64,000 bases of DNA. Origin: an uncultured Hyphomicrobiales bacterium. GTDB lineage: Bacteria; Bacteroidota; Ignavibacteria; Kapaibacteriales; UBA2268. The notes under the pieces were generated by a model, which worked only from the letters and a program-made list of their open reading frames with translations, was not told the origin of the DNA and searched no databases. The DNA is taken from positions 1,723 through 65,722 of the forward strand of contig CAZSHX010000017.1 in assembly GCA_964606895.1 (NCBI GenBank), read 5' to 3'. Position numbers and translations under genes: made by a program. Each line of letters begins with the position of its first letter. The stretch's first letter is position 1. Shown here piece by piece: positions 42,001 through 49,607 of the stretch.

Positions 42001-42139
42001 GACTCTTGAATTAGGTCTTCAGCCCCAAGGACAGCACACTGAACAGATTAATGTTAATGATTTGAGTAACGGAACTTATTTCATTAGTTTGAAAAATGCA
42101 ACTGGTTCGGTAACAATTCCGATTGTAATAATCAAATAG
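36005..42139 (+). CDS. Giant T9SS-secreted surface protein (2044 aa) with ~21 tandem PKD-like/Ig-like repeats
   Basis: Signal peptide; N-terminal unique domain; ~21 consecutive ~83-aa repeats (consensus NPLPtPsISG.f.vC....q.Y.tp.vsGvtYqW.vtGGtI.GSst.n.v.vtW....G.v.ltEt..atGC....s..i.v); final Por_Secre_tail (SPNPAIDKVIITYRNEADGILRIELHNVLG...TYFISLKNATGSVTIPIVIIK). Confidence 0.85.
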   Translation: MNKILKNIYKIKQDSDMSVILRRKLMMLIVFAVLFSANNAFSQLYTSVTGTTFCAGSEISVSWAVDYAFNVNNVFTVQLSSSTGSFANPVVLGTYPGRVSSTVNVATPTNTGYGTSYRIRTIASDPQVTGTSNGSNLTINPLPTPSISGNFSICDDNRTQTYTTPSVSGVTYQWTITGGSINGSSTSNSVSVTWSGNSGTLTISETFTATGCTASSSQNTIVNSLPNPSISGNTTVCASSTQTYTAPTVSGVNYQWSATGGSISGSSTNPSVSVTWGSGTTGSIRITETISATGCTASSTQNININPLPNPTISGTFSPCYNSTSSYSTSLVSGNTYQWVVTGGTINGSSSSNSVLITWNSTSGSLSLTETITATGCNKTVNQSITINPLPTPSISGTFTFCDDNRTQTYSTPSVSGVAYQWSVSGGTINGSSSTNTVSISWSANSGTVSILETISATGCTASTSRNINVNPIPNPSISGTFSVCATSVQTYSTPSQSGNTYQWSSAGGTISGSSTSNTVSVTWSSASTGSIRVVETIPSTGCATTRTQNITINPLPTPSISGIFVFCSDQAIQNYTTTPVTGVTYNWTVTGGTIVGSSSNNTVRILWQAASGSVRLTETVNATLCAASSSQNITMNYVPNPQISGTFVVCADNRTQTYVANYNSNYTYNWTVDGGTINSNLGSTINITIIGSSCAINLQETDIFTGCTSFTSANVIVNPLPTPDISGNTTVCATSTQTYSTPSVSGVTYQWSVTGGTINGSTTNNQVNITWSNSLNGTVTVREVITATGCEKTVSKNIIINALPPAEISGNFSICTDNRSQVYNAVQTEGDTYQWSVTGGSIVGSSTTYQLTVNWTANTGSVNLTEVVTETGCSKTTSHQIVVNPLPNPNISGNFEVCRNRTEYYQANENSDYSYNWSVNGGSIVGSSNGSSVLITWGSASGSINLVETINSTGCTASTTQSVIISDGTAPDFTGALSVCEYTTHNYSTPSNPGRTYQWSVEQGTINGSSTANSVSVSWNNVDGSVKLTETNTNTGCTNFISKNISVNPLPTLHIEGNFSLCADSQTQDYSVPEDASKTFVWSITGGTINGSSTNNQVNVTWTQDGGYLYLTETVSNTGCSGIDSQKVYINSLPTPEIDGSFVVCANSTENYSTPNVKDVTYQWSVMGGSINGSSTNENVSVSWTTEQGSITLVQVIEATGCSASVTTSVLVNPLPSFEISGDLSVCAKSIQTYTTPEISDIKYFWEVVGGTIIGDSTQNTVTVNWGSGTNGKIKLTESVISTGCTSYLSYDVTINPLPTPAISGLDSVCLKSIQDYSTGPTPGVTYNWVAHGGTILGSQTLPNISVRWTDTTARLILTETILATGCVDSIVQIISINLLPTPVIAGNFKTCALANENYSVAEKSGNQYVWTVTHGTITGSNRQSKINVNWTSDSAGTLSVIQTVTATGCVDSAFQNVRINPLPTPTITGTNLNCVSNAISIPYTTPTIPGRTNRWSVMGGTIDGSSVGNQAFVFWLNAGNNSITVTQTVDSTGCSQSFTYYVTVKDVPKPFIKGKLETCVNTTETYSATYNPTVAYAWTANGGNIIGKTDSTVVVVNWVAQDQGTLKLQITDNTTGCKNYVSQDVTLNRLPKVNLSGVFKACSEKEYIYSLVDTMNANVSWTVEDGTIIGYKSVTSLIIKWDRVSYGKVTAKVTNKKTGCVNSQTFIVNLFTSPKALFSGPTSICQGTKAVYTADTTAGVTYAWDVYGSQQVKHLSQGKIEVTWTDAVTGKVSLTAISGSTCTTVLSQDVKVFPAPQPIIIGDSAICQNVKTTYTTNDQSGLNFKWTVTNGSIVGADNSKTVDVIWTNKGQGTVSLSQTFAETACLTKISKQVEVYEKPAKPVISQSVNILNSSSSTGNQWFENGTKINGSTAQSFSPNHSGEFSVQVINANGCVSDMSDTFKFQYTGVEDAINSASGLEISGSPNPAIDKVIITYRNEADGILRIELHNVLGIAVKTLELGLQPQGQHTEQINVNDLSNGTYFISLKNATGSVTIPIVIIK
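36424..41640 (+). repeat. ~21 tandem ~249-bp coding repeats inside the giant adhesin gene
   Basis: Period ~83 aa, each with two conserved Cys and the YxW...GG.I.G motif; DNA copies are diverged (not identical), arguing against assembly collapse. Confidence 0.8.
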
Positions 42140-42162
42140 TTGGAATACTTTAATATTTATAT

Positions 42163-42200
42163 GGGCTCTAACCTTTCGGGGATTGAGCCCTTATTTTTTG
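42163..42200 (+). terminator. Rho-independent terminator after the giant gene
   Basis: gggctc-taacctttcggggattg-agccc followed by ttatttttt. Confidence 0.55.
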
Positions 42201-42356
42201 AAACTATGTGAACCACGGATTGAATGGATTTGAGGATGAAGAGGATTTTTAAGAGTTCATTTCTTAAATCAACCCAAATTAATTCTTTTGGGAATGGGGG
42301 ACAGGGGGGGGCTTATCTTAAACTCTTCAAAACTAAACGACTAAGCGTCTAAACAT

Positions 42357-43010
42357 CTACGCTTTTTTTACTAATTTATTAACCAAATCCATATTGAACG
42401 AAGATTTCAATCCTTCTTCAATTTCATGATGTTTTCCGATAAGATTCATCAGGAGCGATTTATCCCAGTAAAGATATCTGCAGTTAGTAAAGCAAACAAC
42501 TTGTGCCGTTGTAACATTTCCGGTGATAAAACTCATTTCGCCTATGAAGTTTCCATCCCTGATGTATGCCACAATTTCATTATTCATTCTAATCTCGGCA
42601 ATACCGCTGAAAATCACGATAAGTCTGCTAATTACAGCACCTTCTTCAACGAGAACCGTACCGGGTTCGGATTCAGTCCATTTTGCAGATTTAATTAGTT
42701 TATTAAATTCTACTTTAGATAATTTTGGAAAAGAGAGGTTGTATATTTTTTCTTCTTCTTCGGTGAGTTTCAAATTCATTCTGTCTTTAATCAATATAGC
42801 AAGCTGAAATGCGTTGACCAGAATCCAGACAATACACCAGATAATTGGACTCCATTGTGGTTTCGATTCGAAATAGTAATAATTATAAACAATCTCGGAA
42901 CAGGCTCCAAGAATCATTACAACTCTAAGCCAAAGCATATTCTTTATCATAAAGCCAATGATATAAATTACATTGGCAAGATGATTAAAGAATTGATAAA
43001 AAACATCCAT
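42357..43010 (-). CDS. Membrane-anchored cyclic-nucleotide-binding (cNMP/CAP-effector-type) domain protein
   Basis: Three N-terminal hydrophobic segments, then a cNMP-binding fold (GAVISRLIVIFSGIAEIR...FIGEMSFITGNVTTAQV). Confidence 0.65.
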   Translation of the reverse strand: MDVFYQFFNHLANVIYIIGFMIKNMLWLRVVMILGACSEIVYNYYYFESKPQWSPIIWCIVWILVNAFQLAILIKDRMNLKLTEEEEKIYNLSFPKLSKVEFNKLIKSAKWTESEPGTVLVEEGAVISRLIVIFSGIAEIRMNNEIVAYIRDGNFIGEMSFITGNVTTAQVVCFTNCRYLYWDKSLLMNLIGKHHEIEEGLKSSFNMDLVNKLVKKA

Positions 43011-43018
43011 AAATTTTC

Positions 43019-43867
43019 CTATTCAAAGATGTAGCGATAGCCTTGCTTAACCAATCCTCCGAAATCGGAAGCATCATAGTTCTTCCAATCGTCGCCGTAG
43101 TGCATAAGATATATTTTTTTCTTCACTTCTGAATTCAGGGTTTTTAATTCCTGCACCGATGCATGAACCGGATTTGGAAAGAAAGAAGCATCATGAAAAA
43201 TTATTTCAGATTTATCAGAATATTTTTTTATCAACTTCGTATCAAATTTGGTATCGCCGGAAATCATCAATCGGTTATCAATGAACAAACCATAGGTAGT
43301 AAAAGCCTGTTGCTGTGTTTTGGCATTTTCAGGAATATGATTAGTGCCGAATATTTCCAGGTGAATCCCTTCAAAATCTATTTCAAGCGTAGTTCTTGGG
43401 CTGTTTGAAACCACTTTGGGCCTGATAGGTTCGAAATAATCTTCGAATACTAATTTCTCTCCGCTCGAACTTGTTTCGTTCCATTCCATCCCGCCACGTA
43501 AAGAAAGATTCCATAGAATTTCCTGATATTCTTCCGAGATAATCATCTTTAATTTGTTTTTGTCAGACAAGCGGTTAGTCACATATCTATGGAAGAGGGC
43601 AAGGTATTCGATACCTCCTATATGATCGGCATGACTATGCGTAATAAAGACATTTTCAATATCACTGACATCCAAACCGGCAACACTTTTTAAAGCTATC
43701 GGACCGGTCATTCCCAAATCCACCATCAAATGAGTATCACCCTTGACAATGATGAAATTGTTATTGAAAAGATCTTTGCCAAAGGCAGTTCCTGTGCCGA
43801 TGAACATTATTTCGAGTTTTCCCTCATTTTTGAGGCTCAATGGTTTTTTGCATTTGATAATTTTCAT
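43019..43867 (-). CDS. MBL-fold metallo-hydrolase (class II cyclic-nucleotide phosphodiesterase-like motif)
   Basis: HxHxDH motif THSHADHIGG plus downstream His/Asp ligands; 282 aa. Confidence 0.65.
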   Translation of the reverse strand: MKIIKCKKPLSLKNEGKLEIMFIGTGTAFGKDLFNNNFIIVKGDTHLMVDLGMTGPIALKSVAGLDVSDIENVFITHSHADHIGGIEYLALFHRYVTNRLSDKNKLKMIISEEYQEILWNLSLRGGMEWNETSSSGEKLVFEDYFEPIRPKVVSNSPRTTLEIDFEGIHLEIFGTNHIPENAKTQQQAFTTYGLFIDNRLMISGDTKFDTKLIKKYSDKSEIIFHDASFFPNPVHASVQELKTLNSEVKKKIYLMHYGDDWKNYDASDFGGLVKQGYRYIFE

Positions 43868-44182
43868 TCTTTTATCTCGTTATGTGTAACGCACTTTGCT
43901 AAACAAATAATATGCCAAATAGTTGTCAAAATTATTTAAAAATACTTTATTTGAAATTTCAGATTCAGATATTAATTCGAATTTTTTCCAAAAATTCATG
44001 ATTTCAGAGAACAAATAATTTAATCATAAACTAATTCTTACAAAGATTCCAAATCATACTTATATTGAATGACTTGCAAAAATATTAAAATAACATTTTT
44101 TTTTTGATATTCAAAGGAAAAAGCTTGTATTTAATAAGAAAATTCATAATTTCGTAGCTTAGAAAAGAATATTCTTAATTTT

Positions 44183-45079
44183 TTGTTGGAGCTTTTTAAC
44201 TTGAAATCATATATTAAATACTTATTTTTAGTCTTTCTTTTGTTGTCGTGTTCGAAAAATGGCAATAAATCTGATGCTTACGGAAATTTTGAAGCCGTAG
44301 AAACTATTATTTCATCCGAATCTGCAGGTAAGTTGATTCTTTTCGAAATTGAAGAAGGCTCCAAGCTTACAGCCGGTAAAGTTGTCGGGATTATTGATAC
44401 CGTTCAGCTTTGGCTCAGTTTAAAACAGCTTGAAGCTCAAAAATCTTCAATCGGAACTAAATTCCCTTCTATTTCAGCTCAGTTGAATGTGCTTAAACAA
44501 CAAAAAGAAGTTGCTTTAAAGGACAAAGAACGAATTGAGAAAATGTTTGCCGGAAAAGCCGCTACTCAAAAACAAGTGGACGACATCAACGGTGCAATCT
44601 CGGTTATTGACAAACAACTTCTGCAGATTGAAACCCAAAATAGTCCTGTTTTTAATGAAATCAAGTCAATTGATGTTCAGATAGAAAAAGCCAAAGATTT
44701 ATTGAAAAGGTCAGTAATCATCAATCCAATGAATGGTATTGTTCTGAATAAATTTGCTGAACGTTTTGAAATTGTAAATGCAGGCAAACCCCTTTATAAA
44801 ATTGCCGATCTGGAAGGTATTATTCTTCGTGTCTATGTTAGCGGTGCTCAGCTTTCCAAAGTAAAAATCGGACAAACGGTTAAGGTTCTTGCCGATAAAA
44901 ATGAAAAAGAGATTATGAATTTCTCAGGCGAAGTTACCTGGATTTCTTCACAGGCAGAATTCACTCCCAAGATTATCCAGACCAAAGACGAAAGAGTAAA
45001 TATGGTTTATGCCGTTAAGGTTTTGGTCAAGAACAACGGAACACTAAAAATCGGTATGCCGGGTGAAGTTATCTTTTGA
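44183..45079 (+). CDS. HlyD-family periplasmic adaptor (membrane fusion protein), short form
   Basis: N-terminal anchor, biotin-lipoyl-like half-motifs (GKLILFEIEEGSKLTAGKVVGIIDT ... GMPGEVIF) and a coiled-coil middle. Confidence 0.7.
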   Translation: MLELFNLKSYIKYLFLVFLLLSCSKNGNKSDAYGNFEAVETIISSESAGKLILFEIEEGSKLTAGKVVGIIDTVQLWLSLKQLEAQKSSIGTKFPSISAQLNVLKQQKEVALKDKERIEKMFAGKAATQKQVDDINGAISVIDKQLLQIETQNSPVFNEIKSIDVQIEKAKDLLKRSVIINPMNGIVLNKFAERFEIVNAGKPLYKIADLEGIILRVYVSGAQLSKVKIGQTVKVLADKNEKEIMNFSGEVTWISSQAEFTPKIIQTKDERVNMVYAVKVLVKNNGTLKIGMPGEVIF

Positions 45080-45189
45080 AAAAGAATAACTTATTGAAAT
45101 ATTTTCTCCAAATTTCAGACGACCTGTAGTGACACCATATCTCATTTATTTGCATTTTGAGAATGTAACACAAATAGGATATTACTTTT

Positions 45190-45708
45190 ATGCAACCGAG
45201 AGACCATCATTATTACTTTGCTCATGCATACTTCAGACATCTGGTGTTCGACAAACCGGAGTATGTTTATTCAACCCTGAAAAACAAAAAGCTTAAAGAC
45301 CAGCTTATCAACATGTGGTATCAGGTAACCGAATTGATAAAACCTGAAAAGAACAAAATCAAGAAATTACTTCCAGTAGGATTAACTCACTCATTCTATC
45401 AGAATAACGGAAAAACAATTTTGATTGTCGAAATGCCAAAACCTGAATTTATGACTGAGGTTTACTACATCGGAGTGATATTTTCGGATGACTTCAAGCA
45501 AATTCGCTATTTTACTCTTGAGTATAGTTTCAACTTCGCTTATGAAACGAATACTTTCAAAAAAGCAACTGCGATTCTCTGCGAATGGACTGAAACATCA
45601 CACCGAAATTACGCTTATGAAATATTTCCGCCAACAAAAGAAAAATTCATTGAAGTTGTTAATCAGTATATTTCAATTGATACTACAAAAAATTCAAATA
45701 TCAATTAA
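45190..45708 (+). CDS. Hypothetical protein
   Basis: 172-aa ORF with no recognisable motif; start uncertain. Confidence 0.3.
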   Translation: MQPRDHHYYFAHAYFRHLVFDKPEYVYSTLKNKKLKDQLINMWYQVTELIKPEKNKIKKLLPVGLTHSFYQNNGKTILIVEMPKPEFMTEVYYIGVIFSDDFKQIRYFTLEYSFNFAYETNTFKKATAILCEWTETSHRNYAYEIFPPTKEKFIEVVNQYISIDTTKNSNIN

Positions 45709-45715
45709 CCGGTAG

Positions 45716-46450
45716 TTACAAATCTCCGCTGATTGGTCTGATGATTATTTCTTCAATAACGGCATTATTTCCGATTGATGACTCAATTGCGTTGATAATA
45801 ATTTTAGCAATATTTTCGGGAGACATCATTCTTTCGGAATACTTTTCGATTGCTTCTTTGCTCCAAATATCAGTGTGAGTTGCACCGGGCAGAACGTCAA
45901 TGACTTTTATTCCGTCATTTCTTACTTCATCTCTCAGGCATCGGCTCATCAACAGCATACCTGCTTTACTTGCGGAGTATGCAGTACTGTTTGTATAAGA
46001 TTTGATTGCCGCTACGGAAGAAAGATTGATAATCATACCTGATTTTCTTTGAATCATAGCAGGTAGTACAGCCTGACACATAAAATATGCACCCTTAAGA
46101 TTAACATTCAAGGTTAAATCAAATTCCTCTTCGGATAAGACCAACAACCTTTTAAAAATGGCTAACCCTGCATTATTCACCAATATGTCAATATGCCCGA
46201 ATTTTTCTTCGATAATTTTGTAAGCATTTTTAATATTGGAAACTTTTGCTATATCGAAAGGAAGAAACAGAATGTGTTCAAGTTTTTCAGAAGAAATTTC
46301 CTTTTTCAAATCAATAAATGATTTTTCTGCCGATGCTGAAAGAATCAGGTTAGCTCCTGAATTTATCAATCCTACGGCAATAGCTTTGCCGATACCACTG
46401 CTTGCACCTGTTATCCAGATATTCTTACCGATTAAAGCTTTATTTTCCAT
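45716..46450 (-). CDS. Short-chain dehydrogenase/reductase (SDR) family oxidoreductase
   Basis: TGASSGIGKAIA Rossmann motif, NNAG, and catalytic YSASK. Confidence 0.85.
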   Translation of the reverse strand: MENKALIGKNIWITGASSGIGKAIAVGLINSGANLILSASAEKSFIDLKKEISSEKLEHILFLPFDIAKVSNIKNAYKIIEEKFGHIDILVNNAGLAIFKRLLVLSEEEFDLTLNVNLKGAYFMCQAVLPAMIQRKSGMIINLSSVAAIKSYTNSTAYSASKAGMLLMSRCLRDEVRNDGIKVIDVLPGATHTDIWSKEAIEKYSERMMSPENIAKIIINAIESSIGNNAVIEEIIIRPISGDL

Positions 46451-46451
46451 A

Positions 46452-47771
46452 TTACAAATTATTAATGATGAAAATCAATTCTGTTAAAATAAACAAAGGT
46501 AGCAAAATAATCAATGAAAATTTAAACATATAAGCAAAAAAGTGAGGCATCTTGATATTGTTACTTTCAGCAATAGCTTTTACCATAAAGTTAGGTCCAT
46601 TGCCGATATAGGTCATCGAACCAAAGAAAACAGCTCCAACGCATATAGCTTTCATCAGAACCTCGGGTATGCCTGCAACAGTTGATGTATTCATAAGCAA
46701 AGCTCCATTGCTTCGAACTAATCCCTCAGCAAGAGAATAGAAAGTTACAGCCGATGGAGTATTGTCAAGGAAACTGCTCAGTCCTCCTGTAAAATAGTAA
46801 AATGAGGCGGGGGAGACCACACCCAAAGTATTTGCATTGGTTTCAAGATAGATGATACAAGGAACCATTGTGATGAATATGCCTAAAAACAAAAAGGCAA
46901 CTTCCTCGATTGGTTCCCAGGAAAAGCTGTTTTCAACTCTGGTGAGATGTGTTGTGAATTTCAATGACAGCACTCCCATGAAAATGATTGCAATTTCCCT
47001 GATAAAAGATAAATAATGATTATATTTCAAGGTTTCAATGAAATTTGAATTAATCAAAGCTACTGCCAAAATCACTCCGCTAAGCCAGATAAAATTCATT
47101 TTTCCATGAATTTTAATTTTTTTGACATTTGTTCTTTCAATTCTCTTCACTTCGGGAGATTCTTTTTTCCAATAATATGAATCAACAAAATAATAAATCA
47201 AACAAAGCATACCGTTAACAAATGCCCATTCTGGAAACAGTTTCAAAAACCAAAAGAAATCGGCTCCACGTAAATACATCATAAAAAGCGGCGGATCGCC
47301 CAACGGAGTCAGCAAGCCTCCGCAATTTGCAACAATCGCAATAAAAAACAAAATAGTATGAACTTTGAATTTTCTTGCTTTGTTTGTATGAATCAGAACT
47401 CTGATGAGTAGCATTGCCGCACCGGTTGTTCCCATAAATGATGCAAGAACAGCTCCGATAATTAAAATCAAAGTGTTGATTTTCGGTTTGGCTTCAATAT
47501 CCCCGTCAACGAATATTCCTCCTGTGATTACAAATAATGCTCCAAGGAGAATGATGAATGGAATATAATCAAAAATCATTGTATGGTAAAGCTCATGAGA
47601 AAAATTGTTAAAAGCCAGCCAAAGAACTGTGGGTATTCCTAATATCAAAGAAACCCAAAGTTTGTTTTTGTTTTTACTCCAAAAGTGCTCTCCAAAAATC
47701 GGGAGAACAGCTATTGAACCCAACATAAGAACAAATGGTACCATCAAATAAACAGGTACTGTGTGTGTCAT
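46452..47771 (-). CDS. Polytopic membrane transporter, ion-transporter superfamily (ArsB/NhaD/CitMHS-like)
   Basis: 439 aa, ~11-12 TM segments, GGLLTPLGDPPLFMMYL re-entrant-loop-like motif; placement is by general resemblance only. Confidence 0.4.
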   Translation of the reverse strand: MTHTVPVYLMVPFVLMLGSIAVLPIFGEHFWSKNKNKLWVSLILGIPTVLWLAFNNFSHELYHTMIFDYIPFIILLGALFVITGGIFVDGDIEAKPKINTLILIIGAVLASFMGTTGAAMLLIRVLIHTNKARKFKVHTILFFIAIVANCGGLLTPLGDPPLFMMYLRGADFFWFLKLFPEWAFVNGMLCLIYYFVDSYYWKKESPEVKRIERTNVKKIKIHGKMNFIWLSGVILAVALINSNFIETLKYNHYLSFIREIAIIFMGVLSLKFTTHLTRVENSFSWEPIEEVAFLFLGIFITMVPCIIYLETNANTLGVVSPASFYYFTGGLSSFLDNTPSAVTFYSLAEGLVRSNGALLMNTSTVAGIPEVLMKAICVGAVFFGSMTYIGNGPNFMVKAIAESNNIKMPHFFAYMFKFSLIILLPLFILTELIFIINNL

Positions 47772-47940
47772 GCTAAAAGCCTTATTAAATAAATTAACGA
47801 CTACTATAACGGAAATTCAAAAATATGAACTTTCTATTAATAATTCTAAATAATAAATGCAATGTTTTAACTTTGATAATTAAAATTCAAATTGCTAACT
47901 TTGTAGTTTTGTAATTCCATAATTTGAAAAATAGAAATTA

Positions 47941-49077
47941 ATGTCAGAATCAGCTTATATTACGGGAATTTCTAAGTTTTTACCAAATGAACCCGTTGAA
48001 AATAATAATATTGAAAACTTTATCGGGATGGTTGGCGGAAAACCGTCGAGGGCTAAGAACATTGTACTTAGGCATAATAAAATCAAACAAAGATATTATG
48101 CCCTTGACCAAAGAGGAATTTCCACCCACTCCAACTCTGAGTTGGCGGCTAACGCTGTCAAAGCTTTATTCCGGGACATGAGTGAGATGAACGGCATTGA
48201 TTTGCTTGCTACGGCAACGACAACTCCAGACCAGATGATTCCCTCGCATGCTTCTATGGTTCACGGTGAACTGAAATGCAAAGAAATGGAAATTGCTTCC
48301 TTTGCCGGTTCATGCTGTACTGGAATGCAGGCATTGAAATTTGCATGGACTTCAATTCTTGCGGGTGAAGCTGAAAGGGCTGTCGCAGTAGCATCCGAAA
48401 AGCCATCATCGTGGATGCTCTCCAAGCATTTTGAATACGAAAGCGAACACCTTTCCAAGCTCGTTGAAAATCCTATGATTGCTTTTGAAAAGGATTTTCT
48501 CCGTTTCATGGTTTCGGATGGTGCCGGTGCATTTTTAATCGAGAATCAGCCCACGTCACCCATTTCACTGAAAATTGACTGGATTAGCATTTCCTCTTTT
48601 GCAAATAAATTTGATACTTGTATGTATTCAGGTGCCGAAAAAAACGGACATGGTTCCTTAAAAAGCTGGACTGATTTCGAACCTTCAGATTGGGTCAGCC
48701 GTTCAGTTTTTTCAATTAAGCAGGATGTAAGGCTGTTGAATGACAATATTGTTCCGACGGCGATTAGTCATCTTGTCAAGGTACTTGATTCCAAAGGGTT
48801 TGATATTTCAGAAATAGATTATTTCCTACCCCACATGTCCTCTGAATATTTCCGAACAATCATTGAGAGTGAACTGATTAAAAATAATTTGCTCGTTCCA
48901 AAAGAAAAATGGTTCACAAATTTAACCGAGGTAGGAAACATCGGCTCTGCTTCAATATATGTTATTCTCGAAGAACTTTTCCATTTAGGGAATTTGAAAA
49001 AAGGACAGAAAATACTGGCACTCGTTCCCGAAAGTGCAAGATTCACTTATGCTTTCATGCTGTTGACTGTAGTTTAG
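47941..49077 (+). CDS. Beta-ketoacyl-ACP synthase III (FabH-like/KS III) family protein
   Basis: Candidate catalytic triad: Cys in FAGSCCTGMQAL, His in LPHMSSEY (compare FabH vPHQAN), Asn in VGNIGSASIY (compare FabH GNTSAAS); 378 aa. Confidence 0.7.
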   Translation: MSESAYITGISKFLPNEPVENNNIENFIGMVGGKPSRAKNIVLRHNKIKQRYYALDQRGISTHSNSELAANAVKALFRDMSEMNGIDLLATATTTPDQMIPSHASMVHGELKCKEMEIASFAGSCCTGMQALKFAWTSILAGEAERAVAVASEKPSSWMLSKHFEYESEHLSKLVENPMIAFEKDFLRFMVSDGAGAFLIENQPTSPISLKIDWISISSFANKFDTCMYSGAEKNGHGSLKSWTDFEPSDWVSRSVFSIKQDVRLLNDNIVPTAISHLVKVLDSKGFDISEIDYFLPHMSSEYFRTIIESELIKNNLLVPKEKWFTNLTEVGNIGSASIYVILEELFHLGNLKKGQKILALVPESARFTYAFMLLTVV

Positions 49078-49607
49078 ATTTTATGGTTTAAGTGTTCGGG
49101 TTTGGCAACAAACAGCACATCCTCTTGGGATTACTGTCAGAATAATTGAACTGCCCTTTATTCTCGACAGATTCAATTGCCTTCTCGTTATTGTTTAAAT
49201 GATTAGGAACGAGCAAGTCTTTCGCAGGATTATAGTTCAGACTGATATCCTTAAAAATCAAATATTATTACCTCATTACTATAGCAATATATATATTTTT
49301 CATTTATTTCCTTTGTAATCGTTCAGTGATATAAAAAAAACTTCACTCCTAATAGAGAAATATTGAATTGCATGTAATATATCATAAATTGCTTCTTTTT
49401 AAGTCCAAGTAAGCAATATAATAAATATCATTATTTAAAATATTATCAATGGTTTAGCTGAATATTGCACCATTTTAATAAAATGATGTAATTTGAAAAT
49501 TAATCCAATACTTTCAACTTTTTATATCATTGTTGTCTTAATTCCTTTCATTTCTTTGTAGTTAAATTTGCTTTTTATATTTTGCATTTTTAAAAAATGG
49601 AAAATCA

